DNA of 63,740 bases, taken from the NCBI GenBank assembly GCA_028534125.1, contig CM052816.1, positions 63,490,001-63,553,740 on the forward strand, read 5' to 3'. Origin of the DNA: Lama glama (lineage: Eukaryota). A program made the translations under genes and the position numbers. Below are positions 1-14,358 of the stretch, piece after piece. The notes under the pieces are model-generated. The model had not been told where the DNA came from and did not search any database. It saw only the letters and a list, made by a program, of their open reading frames with translations. Within the stretch, counting starts at the first letter, position 1; each line of letters opens with the position of its first letter.

Positions 1-47
1 GGAGGGAACTTTGTTACTGGAGCCCAATAAGAGTGGGAGCCACTGAG

Positions 48-236
48 GGGAGGGTATAGCTTAAGCGGTAGAGTACCTGCTTAGCATGCAGGAAATCCTA
101 GGTTCAATCCCCAGTACCTCCTCTGAGAATAAATAAACCTAATTACCTCTCCCCTCACCCTGCCAAAATAAAATAAGTAAATAATATAATAAATAAATAA
201 AATATTTTTACTGTTCTCCAAACACTAAAAAAAAAA
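48..236 (+). mobile_element. tRNA-derived SINE (camelid Vic-1-like) with 19-bp TSD
   Basis: GGGAGGGTATAGCT head, B box GGTTCAATCCC at 101-111, A-rich tail; TSD AAGAGTGGGAGCCACTGAG at 29-47 and 237-255. Confidence 0.9.
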
Positions 237-1015
237 AAGAGTGGGAGCCACTGAGCAGGGGGCATTCATAGCAGAACACAGACGCTGCCAGAGCTTCTGC
301 AAGGCAGGGGCAGGCAGTAGGAAACACGCCCTATAATGCCTTTCAATCCCAGCCAGAAGGCAGAGGGCAATGGAGCTGGACTGCATCACCCTACAGGGTA
401 CAGAGAAAGCTGGAGAATGGATCCTGGAGCCCAACAGACTAGGCAGCACGTATGTCTACTCTGAAGACCTCGTCTTCCTGAAAGTCAGTAAAACCTCAGC
501 TTATATTGAATAAAAATGAAGATTTCAGCCTATCTGGCATCCTTTTTCATTTACTTGGGAAGTTATCTATGCTGTGAATTCTGGATCTTAGAGCTGAGAG
601 AAGTGATATACTCATTCTGGGAGCGGTTGCTTTGTATGCTTCTAAGAACATTTACTGTGAAGACATTGTATATTCTTCTCATCCTCTGTTGATTTATAAA
701 CCATGAAGCCGTATGAGCACAATAATTCTGTCCGTTATTTGGGTAGGACTCGCACATAGTCTGGTTGTCTACTTTCCTGGGTGGTATTTCTGTTGTTCCC
801 TTAACAACATTCCCACATTTCGTAAATAGTCTCTTCATTAAACTCTCTTCAGATAAGTTCTTTAGAATGTGCTGGTAGATACAGTTGAAGGAATATTGAT
901 TGTAGAATTGGGAAGAGAAGTTTAATGCATTTAAATCATGTAAGAGTTACTGTTGAGATAACTAAAGATTTATACTCCATACACACACCGACTTTTTTTT
1001 TTTTTTTTAATTTAG

Positions 1016-1077
1016 GTAATTGCCTGTGAACTTGACCCACGGCTAGTAGCTGAACTTCACAAAAGAGTTCAGGGCAC
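1016..1077 (+). CDS. DIMT1: DIMT1 coding exon 4 (VIACELDPRLVAELHKRVQGT); upstream exons are outside the window
   Basis: tttag|GTAATT...GGCAC|gtgagt; 62 nt; translation matches DIMT1/Dim1 SAM-binding region. Confidence 0.96.
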
Positions 1078-1138
1078 GTGAGTATACATAATAGAATTAA
1101 AGTGCATTTCAGTCTCATGAAACAATATATTTTTTTAA

Positions 1139-1318
<180 letters not shown>

Positions 1319-1340
1319 TAACCAGTTAATTCTCTTGCAG

Positions 1341-1390
1341 ATCTCATCTCCTTTTGTCTTCAAGCTGCTGCTGCACCGACCTTTTTTCAG
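1341..1390 (+). CDS. DIMT1: DIMT1 exon 6 (ISSPFVFKLLLHRPFFR)
   Basis: ttgcag|ATC...TTCAG|gtttgt; 50 nt. Confidence 0.96.
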
Positions 1391-1720
1391 GTTTGTGCCA
1401 AAAAGACCAAAGTTACTGTTAAATCTTAGAAAGATTGACAATTTAGGCCATGAAGACAGATAGCCAGTGACTAAAATTAACTCAGTTGAAAAACTACTAG
1501 AGAATTTCTTTCGTAGAAAATGCCAATTTGTGTGGAGGTCTCTCTCTCTCTTTCAATTGTCAGTTGTTTGGGGGAGGTGTGGTGTAAGTCTTGCTTCTGA
1601 GGCCAGGTGGCCTTTCCCTGTATCCTCATCCTCCTGCCGTTAGCCCTGGTCAGACTTGTTATTACCTTGTATGTAGATTCCTACAGTGGCCTCCGAACTG
1701 GTTTCTAGTACAATCTGTAC

Positions 1721-1978
1721 CAATGGTTTTCAAACTGCAGTTCAAAAATTCCTTAGTGGGTATAAAATAAAGTAAGTGAATCGTGACTCATCTTTTTAAA
1801 AAAATGACATGATGTAGAATATATCACAGGGCATTCAGTGCATGTGGTCCAGGTGTTTATAGTTTCATGAAACTTTTGTTTGAGTTACAGAAACACATGG
1901 ACATACAGATATTTGTGGCCTTGGTTTCAGTGTCAGATGTCTTTCCTAGTGAGACTTATGTCCAAAAAGTTGGAGAGT
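1721..1978. mobile_element. Old hAT-Charlie-type DNA transposon fragment interrupting an L2 remnant
   Basis: CAATGGTTTTCAAA terminus and TTTCATGAAACTTTTGTTT core resemble Charlie-family elements; family not certain. Confidence 0.5.
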
Positions 1979-2455
1979 CAAATCCCAGCCTTGAAGATCT
2001 CTTCTCCTGTTCAGGAGTCTGCAAAAAGCCTCCTGCTTGCTGAATAAACCGTCCACATTCCTTAACCTGTTAAATCAGGACGCTGATGTCACAACCTGCC
2101 TCAGCTCTTCCAGAAGGGTGTTTGCTACCCCATGAATATAGTTCGGCTACTGAGCCAATTTTGTTTGTTTGGGTTCTGTTTTCTAGATGGGATGATAGAC
2201 CAGTGCTGATCTGAAGTGCTTTCTTATCTGATCATTGGGGGCTTACATGTGTAAGGGGTTAGGGGTATAGCCATCACACAGTGAAAAACAAGGCCAGCCG
2301 GATCGTTTTGTAGTGCTAAACCTCAGGCTGAAAGTGTTCTCCCTCCTAACTAGCTGGACTGATTACCGTTACCCCAGATATTGCTTTGCTCTATTTCCCA
2401 CCTGAGAAAATTAATTCAAGTTAAAATACATTTATAGTTGAAAATGACCTTTTGA

Positions 2456-2620
<165 letters not shown>

Positions 2621-2740
2621 TGAAATAATATGGCTTACCTCATCCTTGAGCATCTAGCTATGCCTTTCTGTGAGGAGAGCATTTTTGATTACTCATTTAA
2701 AGTTGTTTTTGAGAGGACTCCTTGAACATTTTCTCATTAA

Positions 2741-2851
<111 letters not shown>

Positions 2852-3626
2852 TAGGTCATTCCATAAAGGAAAAAAAAAGTCCAAGCTGCGAGATGTGTGC
2901 CTATAGTACCAGAAAAATCCTGACTAAACAGGAAGATGTTAATTGTGATAGATACATCCTTGTGGTGGAGTAGGTGGAATAATTTTACACATGGTAGTTG
3001 AAGACCTCAAAAGAGCATGGAAAACGTCTGCAAAAAATAAAAAAGTTAGAATGCCGTTGCACTTTGCTGAATTTAAAGCTGTGGAAAACATGTATCTATT
3101 TGAATAAGAAATGGGAAACAAGATAAAATGAAAATAGTTATGTTAGAGTAGTAGTATGGGTCACACTTTTTAATCAAAATTTTAATTTTTGCGATTTAAA
3201 AAAAGAAGAAAGCCAGATGACTTGATGTAAAACTTCACAGCAATCACGTTGGATGAAAATGTGTGTGGTGACTGGTGGCAGTGAAACGGTTTGTCAGTTA
3301 CTTCTTCAGTGAGGTTTAGTTAGGTGTATTGTACAGGCTATATTCTAAATCTATCTTTTTTGAATCATGTTTTTTGAAAATGATACTTAGATTTAAATAA
3401 ATGCCACGTCCTCTGTTCACATGTGGAACAAATATGTATTTTTTCTAATTTTTAAAATTGACGATGCACAAAAGTGGGAAAATCAAGTATACATCTTTAC
3501 TTTTGCACGTGTGCCAGCCAGATAAATATTTAGAACATTTTAATCACTCCAGAAAGTTCCTTTCAGTTTTATATATTAAAACAAAATAATATGTAGCAAG
3601 TATAGGCAGAGTTTGATATTTTGTAA

Positions 3627-3716
<90 letters not shown>

Positions 3717-4289
3717 TAAGTGTTCACCAATTTATAATGTTTAAAAGTTCAGTGCTTCAGATACTATGCTAAGTGCTAGAATTTCATCCTTTTCTTGACC
3801 AGATACCCTAGAGCGTAAAGATGATCCATGTCCAGACACATTTTTATCTTTTTAATTTTGTACTTTGGGGAGAATTTAATGAAGTTTCTAGAGATGGGAA
3901 TTAGATCATTTGGTTTTTTTGTTGTTTGGTTTTTTTACAAAACGGGCAAAGAACAAAAACTGACCACACATCTGCCTAGTTTTCCCTTGGGAAAAATGAG
4001 GTGATGATGGACCCCTTCCATACTTTTGAAAAATTCCTGGCATTTTAACATGGAAAAATGTAACAGCAATTTGGGGCCCAAGGTCAAGAGAGGTGAAAGC
4101 CATAATGAAAAAAAAAATTTTTCTTGAGATGTTTTGTGGAGAGTGTAGAGTTCTTTAAGAATGTAAGAGATGTTTATTGGGACTTATTCTTAAAAATTAG
4201 TCGCTTTTGATTATATCATAACTTTAAATATTCAACACTTTAGTTTCTTAATTTCATCATATGGAATATAGACTTGAAGGAAATTATAA

Positions 4290-4436
<147 letters not shown>

Positions 4437-5375
4437 TAAAATATCCTATTTCTTATTCTGTTTCACCTATCATCACAAGATTCTTAATTTTACATGACAT
4501 AGGATCCTTAAAAGATGGTATGTCACATCTAACTAGCACAACTTGGACTCTTTAACAAGTCAGTGCTGCTGTGTATTTTGCGCAACAAATCTGAGCAACC
4601 TGAATACCCCACTCCATCCTCTTTAGCTACTGCAGCTTTTTTAGTCATAAAAAGATTCAGTTGTCGTAATTTTTTAGTTTTAGGCATGTGTAACTTACTC
4701 AGCTTAAAATAATTGTGACCATCCCTTCTTGCTTGTTGCTTACTAACTATTACAAATGTAAGCAGAGGGGACTAATAGAAACAAATTAGTTTGCATTTCT
4801 TGACTCAGGTCTTACATGGTTTAATGTACCACACTGCTACTTCTATTTTTCTTCTTTATGGATAAAGTCATTGAACATATGCCTACATAGGAAAATTTTA
4901 AGCTAGATTAAGAAAAATTTTTGGGTGAAAGATGTGAAGTATAAAATACTTAATATTCTTAAGTGTTGGAGGGGCCATCTCTGAGAAAAACTAACTAGCT
5001 GGTAAAATAAAATTTGTGCCAAGAAAATGTGTTATTTTTAAAGGCGTTAACAGTTGCTCTAAAATTTAGTTTACAGCTTTATTTTATGTGTTATGAAGTA
5101 CTTTGTGAAGCCCATAACCATGAGAACGTTCAAAATTTTTAAGAAAAAGGGTGATGCACATGGTTAACTCATTCAGGGTCTTATGAGTATTTGTATGTGC
5201 TAAAGATCAACCACTGAACTCATCAGAGATCCAAGTCTTATCTGCACAAATAGGCTTTCCAAAACTACCATGAACAAACAAGGTGACTATTTTGACTTAC
5301 CGAACTGAAAAAAAAGAGTCAATGTGACTTCATTAAAGATACGTTGTTCATTTATTCTGAATCTTATATTGATAG

Positions 5376-5483
<108 letters not shown>

Positions 5484-7025
5484 TAATTACATTTTTCTTT
5501 TCCTACACGTTTACATTTCTTTACTGTGATATCTTCAAATTAAGAGATTTAAAGACTTTTAAGCGGCATAAGGTGCTACCTGGGAGTTATTGCATAGCAC
5601 TTCCACGGCATGGAATAGTATTTGGTGTAGAAGATGGAGGCTGGTTAGCTGCAGCAGAATGAACATTTTCTTTAAGAACAGTAGTAAAGAACAGTCCGAG
5701 CCTGGAGATAACCTCTGTGGCAATTTGTGCTGTGTTGTGTGTGGTCCTCCCCTCCAGCCCCCTCCCCTAACTCCCATTCACAGTCAGTCTTAATAGTTCT
5801 TTGTCTCTTCTAAGTAGCCTGTAAGGTAGAAGAGTCATAATACATATAACTGGGTGTCGTTCTTTTCTTCTTTATTGAGAATAGCTATTATCAAATAGAT
5901 CTTACGTATGAAATAATATCGGTTACAGTCATATCTGGTTATCATTTCTAACTGGTTTAGTAATACAGTAACTTGTTTTGTGGTGGATTGAGGCAAGTTC
6001 TACATACCTGAACTCAAAGAAGGGTGTCATAATTATCTGGGCAATAAAGACTAAAATTTGTTTTCCTTGAATTAAGTAAATCTTATGAAAGCAGAGTAAG
6101 TGTCAATTATTATTCAGGTAATTTTAGGTTAATTATTAACCTGTATTGTTTTTAATCACTGACACTTTGACTTCCTAACTAATAAGACCATAAAATTTTG
6201 CCTGTTTAGCCAATTCATTTTTAAAGAGGCTGAAGGAAAAGAGAGAGCAAAATGTTCTAAAAGTCATTGGTTTGACTTTTCTATGTTAGAAACAGAACAG
6301 TATGTAATTAAGACAATAGCTATTTAATTGGCAGGCTAGCAGTACTATTGAGTCTTTATTAGATGTTAATCCTAGAAGTTGAATAAGTACCCATCTTTTT
6401 TAATTTATTAAGTACCCATCTTCCTTTTTCTGACATCTTAACTCATCTTCATGGTCCCTATGGGTCATCCTGAAAATAATCTCAGGTCTAAATAGAAATG
6501 TTTCATCTTATTTTCCTTCATTCTCGTTAACTTTCTTCAAGGTTACTAAACATGCAATTTGCTAACTAAGATCTGATAAGTAGCTAGGTGCCCAGAGAGA
6601 AGCAATGTGTAAGTATTTAATTTGAACCTCAGTAACATTGAGCTCAGAGAGGAAGCATGGACATGTAGCCATTCCTCTCTTCTAATTCCAAATATCTTCA
6701 TGTTCATTTACCATGTTGAAATGGAACAAGTTTCGGTGTGTTCTTAGGCCAGAGAGTGTAGGTCTAAGATCATTTTATAGTTAAATTCATCATGCCTTCA
6801 GATGTACAGTCTATGACAGAAGAGGCACCAAAATGATGTAGTTTTAATTAATATATCTCTCATAAATGTAATTGAATAAAGTTTCTTTCGTGACTACTGT
6901 TAGGAGTGAGTGGGCTTGACAGGTTTGCAGATGTGTTTGTGTTTTAGAGTATAGGACTATGTATGCACTATTACATGCTACAAATTAACATTTCAATACC
7001 ATCCCATTTCGGTTTCTTTTTTCAG

Positions 7026-7068
7026 ATTGCTACATGGATTCAATGCAGAAGGTATCCATTTTTCTTAG
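7026..7068 (+). CDS. DIMT1: DIMT1 last coding exon (LLHGFNAEGIHFS*), stop TAG at 7066-7068
   Basis: tttcag|ATTG...TCTTAG; conserved GIHFS C-terminus. Confidence 0.97.
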
Positions 7069-9039
7069 GTATCTGGAAAAGAATTTTCAAACTCAAGAAA
7101 AGAATTACATTCTTAATAATTTGAGAAGATGAATTATGTATGCTTGGACACTTTGTGCTTGACTATTTTTGATTTAGTATTACTAATGCTGTCACCATTT
7201 ATTACTTTGAATTTTTAAGGTAGTAAGTCTAAGTATCCAAGGTTTTTTTGGTTTTGATTGTAATATATAGCACAGGGCAGGGTCCAATTTATACCTGATA
7301 ATCTTCAAGTTTAAGAGCCGCAGACACGCACAACTTTACACTTAAAAGTTATCATTTCTAAGTTTATTATATAGAGATGTTATATTTTCTGTTATATATC
7401 TGGGAGTACCTTTTTATGCTTTTAACTCTTTAGGCCTTTGTCCTTCAAGTCATAAAAACAGTTAAAATATAAGCATATTTAGTCACATATTCTGCATGCC
7501 ATTTCTTGTTATTTATATGTACAGTACAGCAGTTGTTTCTTAAAATGTTATTTTGCTTCTCTCAGTCTTTCTGTTTGTCCTGTACAGTTATTATCATTGC
7601 CTACCCCTTTAGCTATCCTGTATTGTAACGGGCTACATCAGGGTCTGGGTAAGCCTGAGTGTGCTACTGCCACCGTGTGGTTCAGGCATATTACTTCTGG
7701 GCATGATTCCTTACCTGTGAAATGAGGATGCTCAACTAGAATGATATGAACTATAAGATTATACAGTTTTCTCTTGGGGAGACAGTGAGAGTTAACAGAA
7801 TTTCAAAGGGTTTTGTAAGTCATAGCTGGCTTAGAAGTTAAAATCTCTGCCCTTCAATTTCAAAACAAACAAAAAATCCCAACCAGCCATTATGCCATAA
7901 ATGCAGGTTCCCAGTATTCATATGACTTCTAGAATATTAAAATTTTCAGTACTTTTTCACATAACTGATGAAAAAGCTTAGTTTTAAGCTATTTTTAAAA
8001 TGTTAGGTTGAGAATTTCAATAATGTCGTAAACAAGTCTTAATTAGCTACAATGTTTAAGTCATTATCAATATACTATTATTAATATCCCTTAACAAAGA
8101 ATTATAGTAGCTGATTATTTATATAAGGAAATTAATAAAAATATTTTCAGTGATAGCTGGCTTTCTTTACACCTAACTTAATAGAAGGAGCGTTTCCAAA
8201 TTATTTTAACAAAGGTACACTGAGTGAACCTAGAAGGGAAGATAAGTTGTTTGCCTAAACAGATTTGTCTTTGAAATCTGGCTGCAAAGTGGTATCTTAG
8301 ATAACTAAAATAATGTATATTTTAGTTACTTATTAATAGGGATATCAGCTTTCAAGTCTGATAAAGTAAATAATGTTTAACCCAGATCCAAAAAATTTAA
8401 GTTATTCTTTAAATAACAGCTGCATCAAGCCACTTTTGTTACATAAATACTACATAAACTGAAGAGTAGGATTTTTTAATCTCACAAAACTACTTACTTT
8501 GCAAAGTTCACTTGTACCATCTCTATCCTTAAAGGAAATACTTAGTTTAAGATTTAAGTCAGCTTTCCCTCTTATTTCCCCATCCCCCTCTAAACTACTC
8601 AGTTTTAAGTCCTTTTTGTAGCCTTCAGATTTCCCTACCTGTAAAACGGAAGTCCTCGATTATACTACCAAGATCTTTTCTGATACCAATTTTTAATATA
8701 CTTCGATTACTTATCAGAATGAAGCCATTATGGTATCAGACAGCATGTTTGAATATGAGGAGACCTTCCAGAGATAGTACCCTTCTAATTTAAATAATAA
8801 ATTAAGACTAATCTGTTGTGCTTTAAAATGAGCAAATTCACGTATCTTTATTGCCCTTTGAAGGTCAGTTAGGCTCAGAAACTCCTTTTAAAACAGCCTC
8901 TGCAAAGTCAATAGCAACAGTTCCCCATTTTTCCTCTTCTCTTTGAAATAAACACAAATAGAACATATCTTACAGCTGCAAGAAAACCTGAGTCCCTTCC
9001 AAAACAAAGGTGATTGGTATTGAAGTAAATTGTGTCTAA

Positions 9040-10681
9040 AACTCATTCCATAGATTTCATTTATTAATAATAAGCACGTTGTGAAAACCTACATTTGTTC
9101 TAGATTTCAAGTTTACAGAGGAGTTTTTCACCACGGTGTTAGGATTTCCCACAACTACCTCGGAGTTCATAAATGAACAGTCAAGTAGGGAATTTGGCTC
9201 ATGTGACTCTCTATTCACAGCTTCCCTGTAGCCCATATGAGTGAGCTGGTAGTTCCCTAGTCAATCAAAACAAGATATCCTTGGGAGACTTTTTTTTGTT
9301 AATGTACTCCTATACACTATCCAGGGAACTGAGGGAAAAATCCTAGAGAGAGAGATAAATGTAACAAAATATTTACATGAAAAGTGGCCAGTTTTCTTCC
9401 TTGGAATAGCAATCTGTAAAAATAAGTGCCACCGTTTAAAAAGTAGCATGCCCTAGACCAACTTGTTGGTGAGAATTTGGTGATTCTCACCAAATAATGG
9501 TGAAACATCACACATTAGGTAACAGGTGGAACTTGGGTTAGATCTGCCTTTTAAGGCAAAGCCAACTCTTTTTTTTTTTGTTTTTTAAGCTTAAATTTGT
9601 TTTCAAGGGAGTTATGTACTGTCTATACTTGGCTTAAACTAACAGCTCTATTATGGACTACTTTCAATGTACATGTAAATGTTCATGCATCAGAAGCCAA
9701 TTTCCTTTAACAGTACATTTAAAGGGTACATTTTGGGGTGCTAATGGACACCTCAACTTAAGTAATGGTACTGGTAAAGATCAAATTGCACTATTAGTCT
9801 TGTTAATACCACACTGGAACACACACTGCATATATATGTATTATCCTAAGATAAAACTCTTCTCAGAATTTCATTACTTTTTATTATACACCAACTAGTT
9901 TATATTTTAGTTCTTTACAAAGAAAATGCTAAGAAAATTATAACCACATTATATGGTTTTAAAATCATAATTCCAGATTTCTTTACATATAAGATGGAAT
10001 GGTCCAGCAGCTATGTCCACTGTCACAGACTTTAGTTCCATTCAATGATATGGCACATCCTGCAAAATTAACTAGTCACACACAAAAAAAGTCTCAATTA
10101 CAGTAAAAATGTACACACAGTAAAGGTAATTTACAATGACAAAAGGAATGTAATTTATCTTGGCTGTGCTTCAGAAATTTAGGGTCAATAGCCTTAGTCA
10201 AGGCACAAAGCAGGAAGAGGTGAGCACAGCTGTCGCCAGGAGTGGGCAAGGTATGTACAACCACTGATGAGGTATGCATGCACGCAAAGGACTTAAAACT
10301 GCTCAGTCTTGCTACGAAAATTCAACTGAGTTAAAAGGAAATGCTGCGGCTTCCCCCTACTACTCACCTCTGGATCAAGTCCACAATCTTACTTCATCAT
10401 ATAGAAAATAAAATTGGCAAGGATCTCCAAAAGTAAATCACTATTAGGGGAAATGAAACAAAATGCTTCACTACTCCCAAATCTTGGTTGTGCCTCCTGG
10501 TCTAGAAGCATCTCGTAGACAAAGGAGTGTTTCACAAAACTGAAATGTCATTCAGGTGAAGGGACAAGACATTTTCCACAGACACTTAAAATTTCAAACT
10601 TTCAATGGCCCTGACAGCTGAACCATTATTGTATGTTACAGTAGTGAGGGTCCTGGGGATCCTTTAACAGCAAATGCCGAT
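9040..10681 (-). other. KIF2A: KIF2A 3' UTR (proximal extent), AU-rich, with a Pumilio element UGUAAAUA at 9370-9377
   Basis: Follows the TAA stop; no obvious interspersed repeats; end inferred from AATAAA. Confidence 0.65.
9060..9065 (-). promoter_or_regulatory. Candidate KIF2A polyadenylation signal AATAAA (a second one at 8848-8853)
   Basis: tttatt on + strand about 1.6 kb downstream of the KIF2A stop; usage is inferred. Confidence 0.55.
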
Positions 10682-10804
<123 letters not shown>

Positions 10805-11394
10805 TTACACAACTGTATAGGTCCTATCAAGTCAACTCTCTTATTTCTTAACATTAACAGAAATTTTCCTTTGTTCTTTGTTGCCCAGAAACTCACAATA
10901 CAATGCTCAACTACAGCAACAGATTAGTTACAGATTCCTGGAAATACTTGTTTTTTTCTGTATCTTCTACATATTTCTGTTGTATTTGGCACATTTTACA
11001 GTGTTCAGCTTTATTTGAATTCCTTTTTGCAGTGTAAACACGCTATATTTGTGTGTAAAATATGTACAGCCATGTCTGAAAGGAACACTATGAATCTACT
11101 AAACTAAAATAGACATTTCTTCTCTCAATATTAGGAGATGTCTATTCGCAGCTCCTATTTTACCTTAAAAGATTATTTGAATTTTTACGAAGAAATGTTA
11201 TTTTTTTCTTCTTACCAGGGATTACAAAAGGGTATGACAGTAAAGGGGGATTATAGAACATACATTTCTTGGTCTTAAAATTGGGTCTTACCACCTATCA
11301 TGTACAAATTCAGTCACATAAGAGTAAGAAATAGGTAAGTAAAAACCGGCAAAGGCAAATAACAGACAGCTGTGATGAGAAATCTTTTCTATAA

Positions 11395-11610
11395 CAGGGG
11401 TTCTCAACAGTGATTTTTGCCCCCACCCCATCTCTAGGGACATGTGATAATGTCTACAGACATGTTTGACTGTCAGTCACAATTGGGGTGGTGCTACTGT
11501 CATTTAGTCAGTAGAAATCAAGGATATTGGTAAGTATGGTACAAAACACAGGAGACAACACCCCCAAATAGTTACCTAACTTAAAATGTGTTAACAATGC
11601 AAAGGTTACG
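11395..11610 (+). mobile_element. MER20-like hAT DNA transposon
   Basis: CAGGGGTTCTCAAC...GATTTTTGCCCCCC...GGGACAT...GTCACAATTGGGG...TGCTACTG resembles the MER20 consensus. Confidence 0.75.
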
Positions 11611-12802
11611 GCTTTCAGAAGAAAAGAAAGCTATGAAGTTGGAATCTTAATTTCTTTCCCCACTTTCTAAGTACACAGATGTTTAAAAAGTTGACTTTTC
11701 TGAAATTTAGAAAGGAACTGAAAGACTTCTGGATCTGATACCTACTAATATAAAATAATTGCTCTCAAACTTCTTACATTAATACCAAAACCATCTCTGG
11801 AAGGTTAAAAAAAAAATACTTCCTAAGAAAGGATTGAATAATACGGTATGTAGAATCCTGCAAAAATTAAGGAAAGGAAGTGAACTAAGATGAAAGCTAC
11901 ATATTACAGAGAAAAAAATATTAGAAAGCATTGTTATCTGTCTTCTAAATAAAACACATAGAAAAAGCTGCTTGTGCATTATGGCAGATTAGAAAAATGA
12001 TCAAAACACTTTAAATCAAGGCTTGAACATGAAGAACATTAAAAACACAAATTTTAGAAACCCTACATCTGCACAAACAATTCTGAATTGGCACAACGGT
12101 CACTGCTGACTCTAGGATATGATTTTAAATAACCAAGTTTAGAAAGAATCTAGTTTAAAAAGTAAGCAGCCTGTTTGGTGCTAAAAACTAGCAATTTCAA
12201 TCTGGTTTCATGTTGCATTGCATGTACACACACATAAAGAAGCCTACTTGCATATAAATGAACACAGCCAATTTGCCAATGCCTAAGAAATTAGCACACA
12301 TAATAAATGCTTATCTGAAGCTGCACATAGATAAGCTAATTTAAAAGCCAAGAAAACAGACATGGCATATGGGTAAACTACATGCTCCGTATCATAAGCA
12401 AAGTAGAATCCTGAAACCTTCCCCTTGATTTTTTTTAAAACAAGTGTTCAAAGGAAAAACATGACACAAGATGCACAGAAAGGAGGCTGTAAAAAGATGA
12501 CCCTAAATAGATCTAATCCAAGGAAATAATTCTGAAAAGCATTGGCCTACCAAACAAACTGAATGTGTATATAAAATTTACAAACTTGTAAAAATATATT
12601 TCCCTTCTTTAATTGTAAGGTGTCTTTATTGTCCCCAAAGACCAAAAAAAAAAAAAAAATGAGAGAGCACCTGAAACGTTATTGTGTTTCATTTTTAGAA
12701 AAAAGCAGAATGGCTATTATGTCTTTATACCTCTAGAAAGATGTTAAATGGTGCCCATAAATTTCACTTCAGATGTCTTCTCATAATGAAATCCTCCCAC
12801 TA

Positions 12803-12991
<189 letters not shown>

Positions 12992-14107
12992 CTAAAATGA
13001 CAAAAATTCTAATAAGCCTCTTTTTAACATAGGAACCAATTTACAAATTTTATGTTAAACATAATCAAACATACTGAAGATAGTATTTTCTAAAATATTA
13101 ATAACCATAAAACATTTTTATTCACAGAGTAAAATTAAGAAATATTTCCTTAAATTTGAACACCAATATGACAGGCCAAACAAGATGACTTCATTTTCCT
13201 ATTTTTACTCTACCTAGAGTGGGCATTTGGAGGAGGAAATGAATCAAACATGCACACACACAATATATGTGTATCAATGAACAGAGTAAGTCTCGAAACC
13301 TCAACAGCTATCCAAAACAGGGAAAGAATGGGTATAATAATAAAGCTACTGTGCCAAGTGATGAGGCCTTTGGTAGCCTAGAGCTTGTAAATCATCTGGA
13401 ATTAACATACCTATCTGGGGCCTCACAGTGGTTAGGCCAGGAGACAGTCCTAATTACTGACTATAAGAAACCAATGGATAGTCAATTTTAGAAGAGTCAA
13501 ATGAACCACTAAATAGTAGCTACTTACTACTATTCATAAATGCTTCAAGGAGAGTCTTCATTCTTGACAGATTTTAGATATGTGGAATTTATGAGCTTCA
13601 TTTTCTAGCAATGTCATGAATCATATGGCTAATTAACAAGGTCACATTATTCTGAATTGAAGAGTTTTTGGACATAAAAATGGACACTTTCTAGCTTTTT
13701 AGGGTACATAACAATTTCACTGTTCTCAACATCAGCGCAATTTAATGGCTAATTATTAGACTGTATCACCAGGCAGAACTGGTTGACCGAGGTATAGGTA
13801 CCTATTAGAAAACTATGTATGTATGGATTAACACTGCCCTCCTTAGTACTCTTCCTTCTCCTTCGGCTGTATACTTTATCTTTTAAAACAAAACCCTATC
13901 GTGAGAAACAGAAGATCACAGTTTGGAGGAATAATGAATGGAACTGTGAAAAGAGTACGGGATTGAAAGTCAGAACACCCAGTTCTGCCAACAAAGAACT
14001 TTTAGACTTCATGATAAAATGGCAGAACAGGAAATGACGATCTTTATAGGACACCTTGTTCCAAAAGGGCAGAGACAACAATTTTCTTAAATTTTAAGAG
14101 TCCTTTT

Positions 14108-14358
14108 TAAAAAAATTTACTGAGTTATAGTCAGTTTACAATGTTGCATCTATTTCTGCTGTAGAGCACAATTTTTCAGTCATACATGAACATACATATA
14201 TCCATTTTCACATTCTTTTTCACCATGAGCTACCACAAGATCTTGTATATATTTCCCTGTGCTATACAGTATGAACTTGTTTATCTATTCTATATATATA
14301 TCTGTCAGTATCTACAAATTTCCAACTCCCAGTCTGTCCCTTCCCACCCCCTCCCCCA
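14108..14358 (-). mobile_element. 5'-truncated L1 3'-UTR fragment (camelid-type)
   Basis: Shares the TTTCCCTGTGCTATACAGT motif with other copies here; flanked by AAGAGTCCTTT / AAGTGTCCTTT TSD-like repeat. Confidence 0.8.

Noticed and set aside
48..120. tRNA-like A and B boxes (also at 29741, 35408, 50499, 52079)
   Set aside because: These are SINE heads with A tails or TSDs and no full cloverleaf; they are not tRNA genes.
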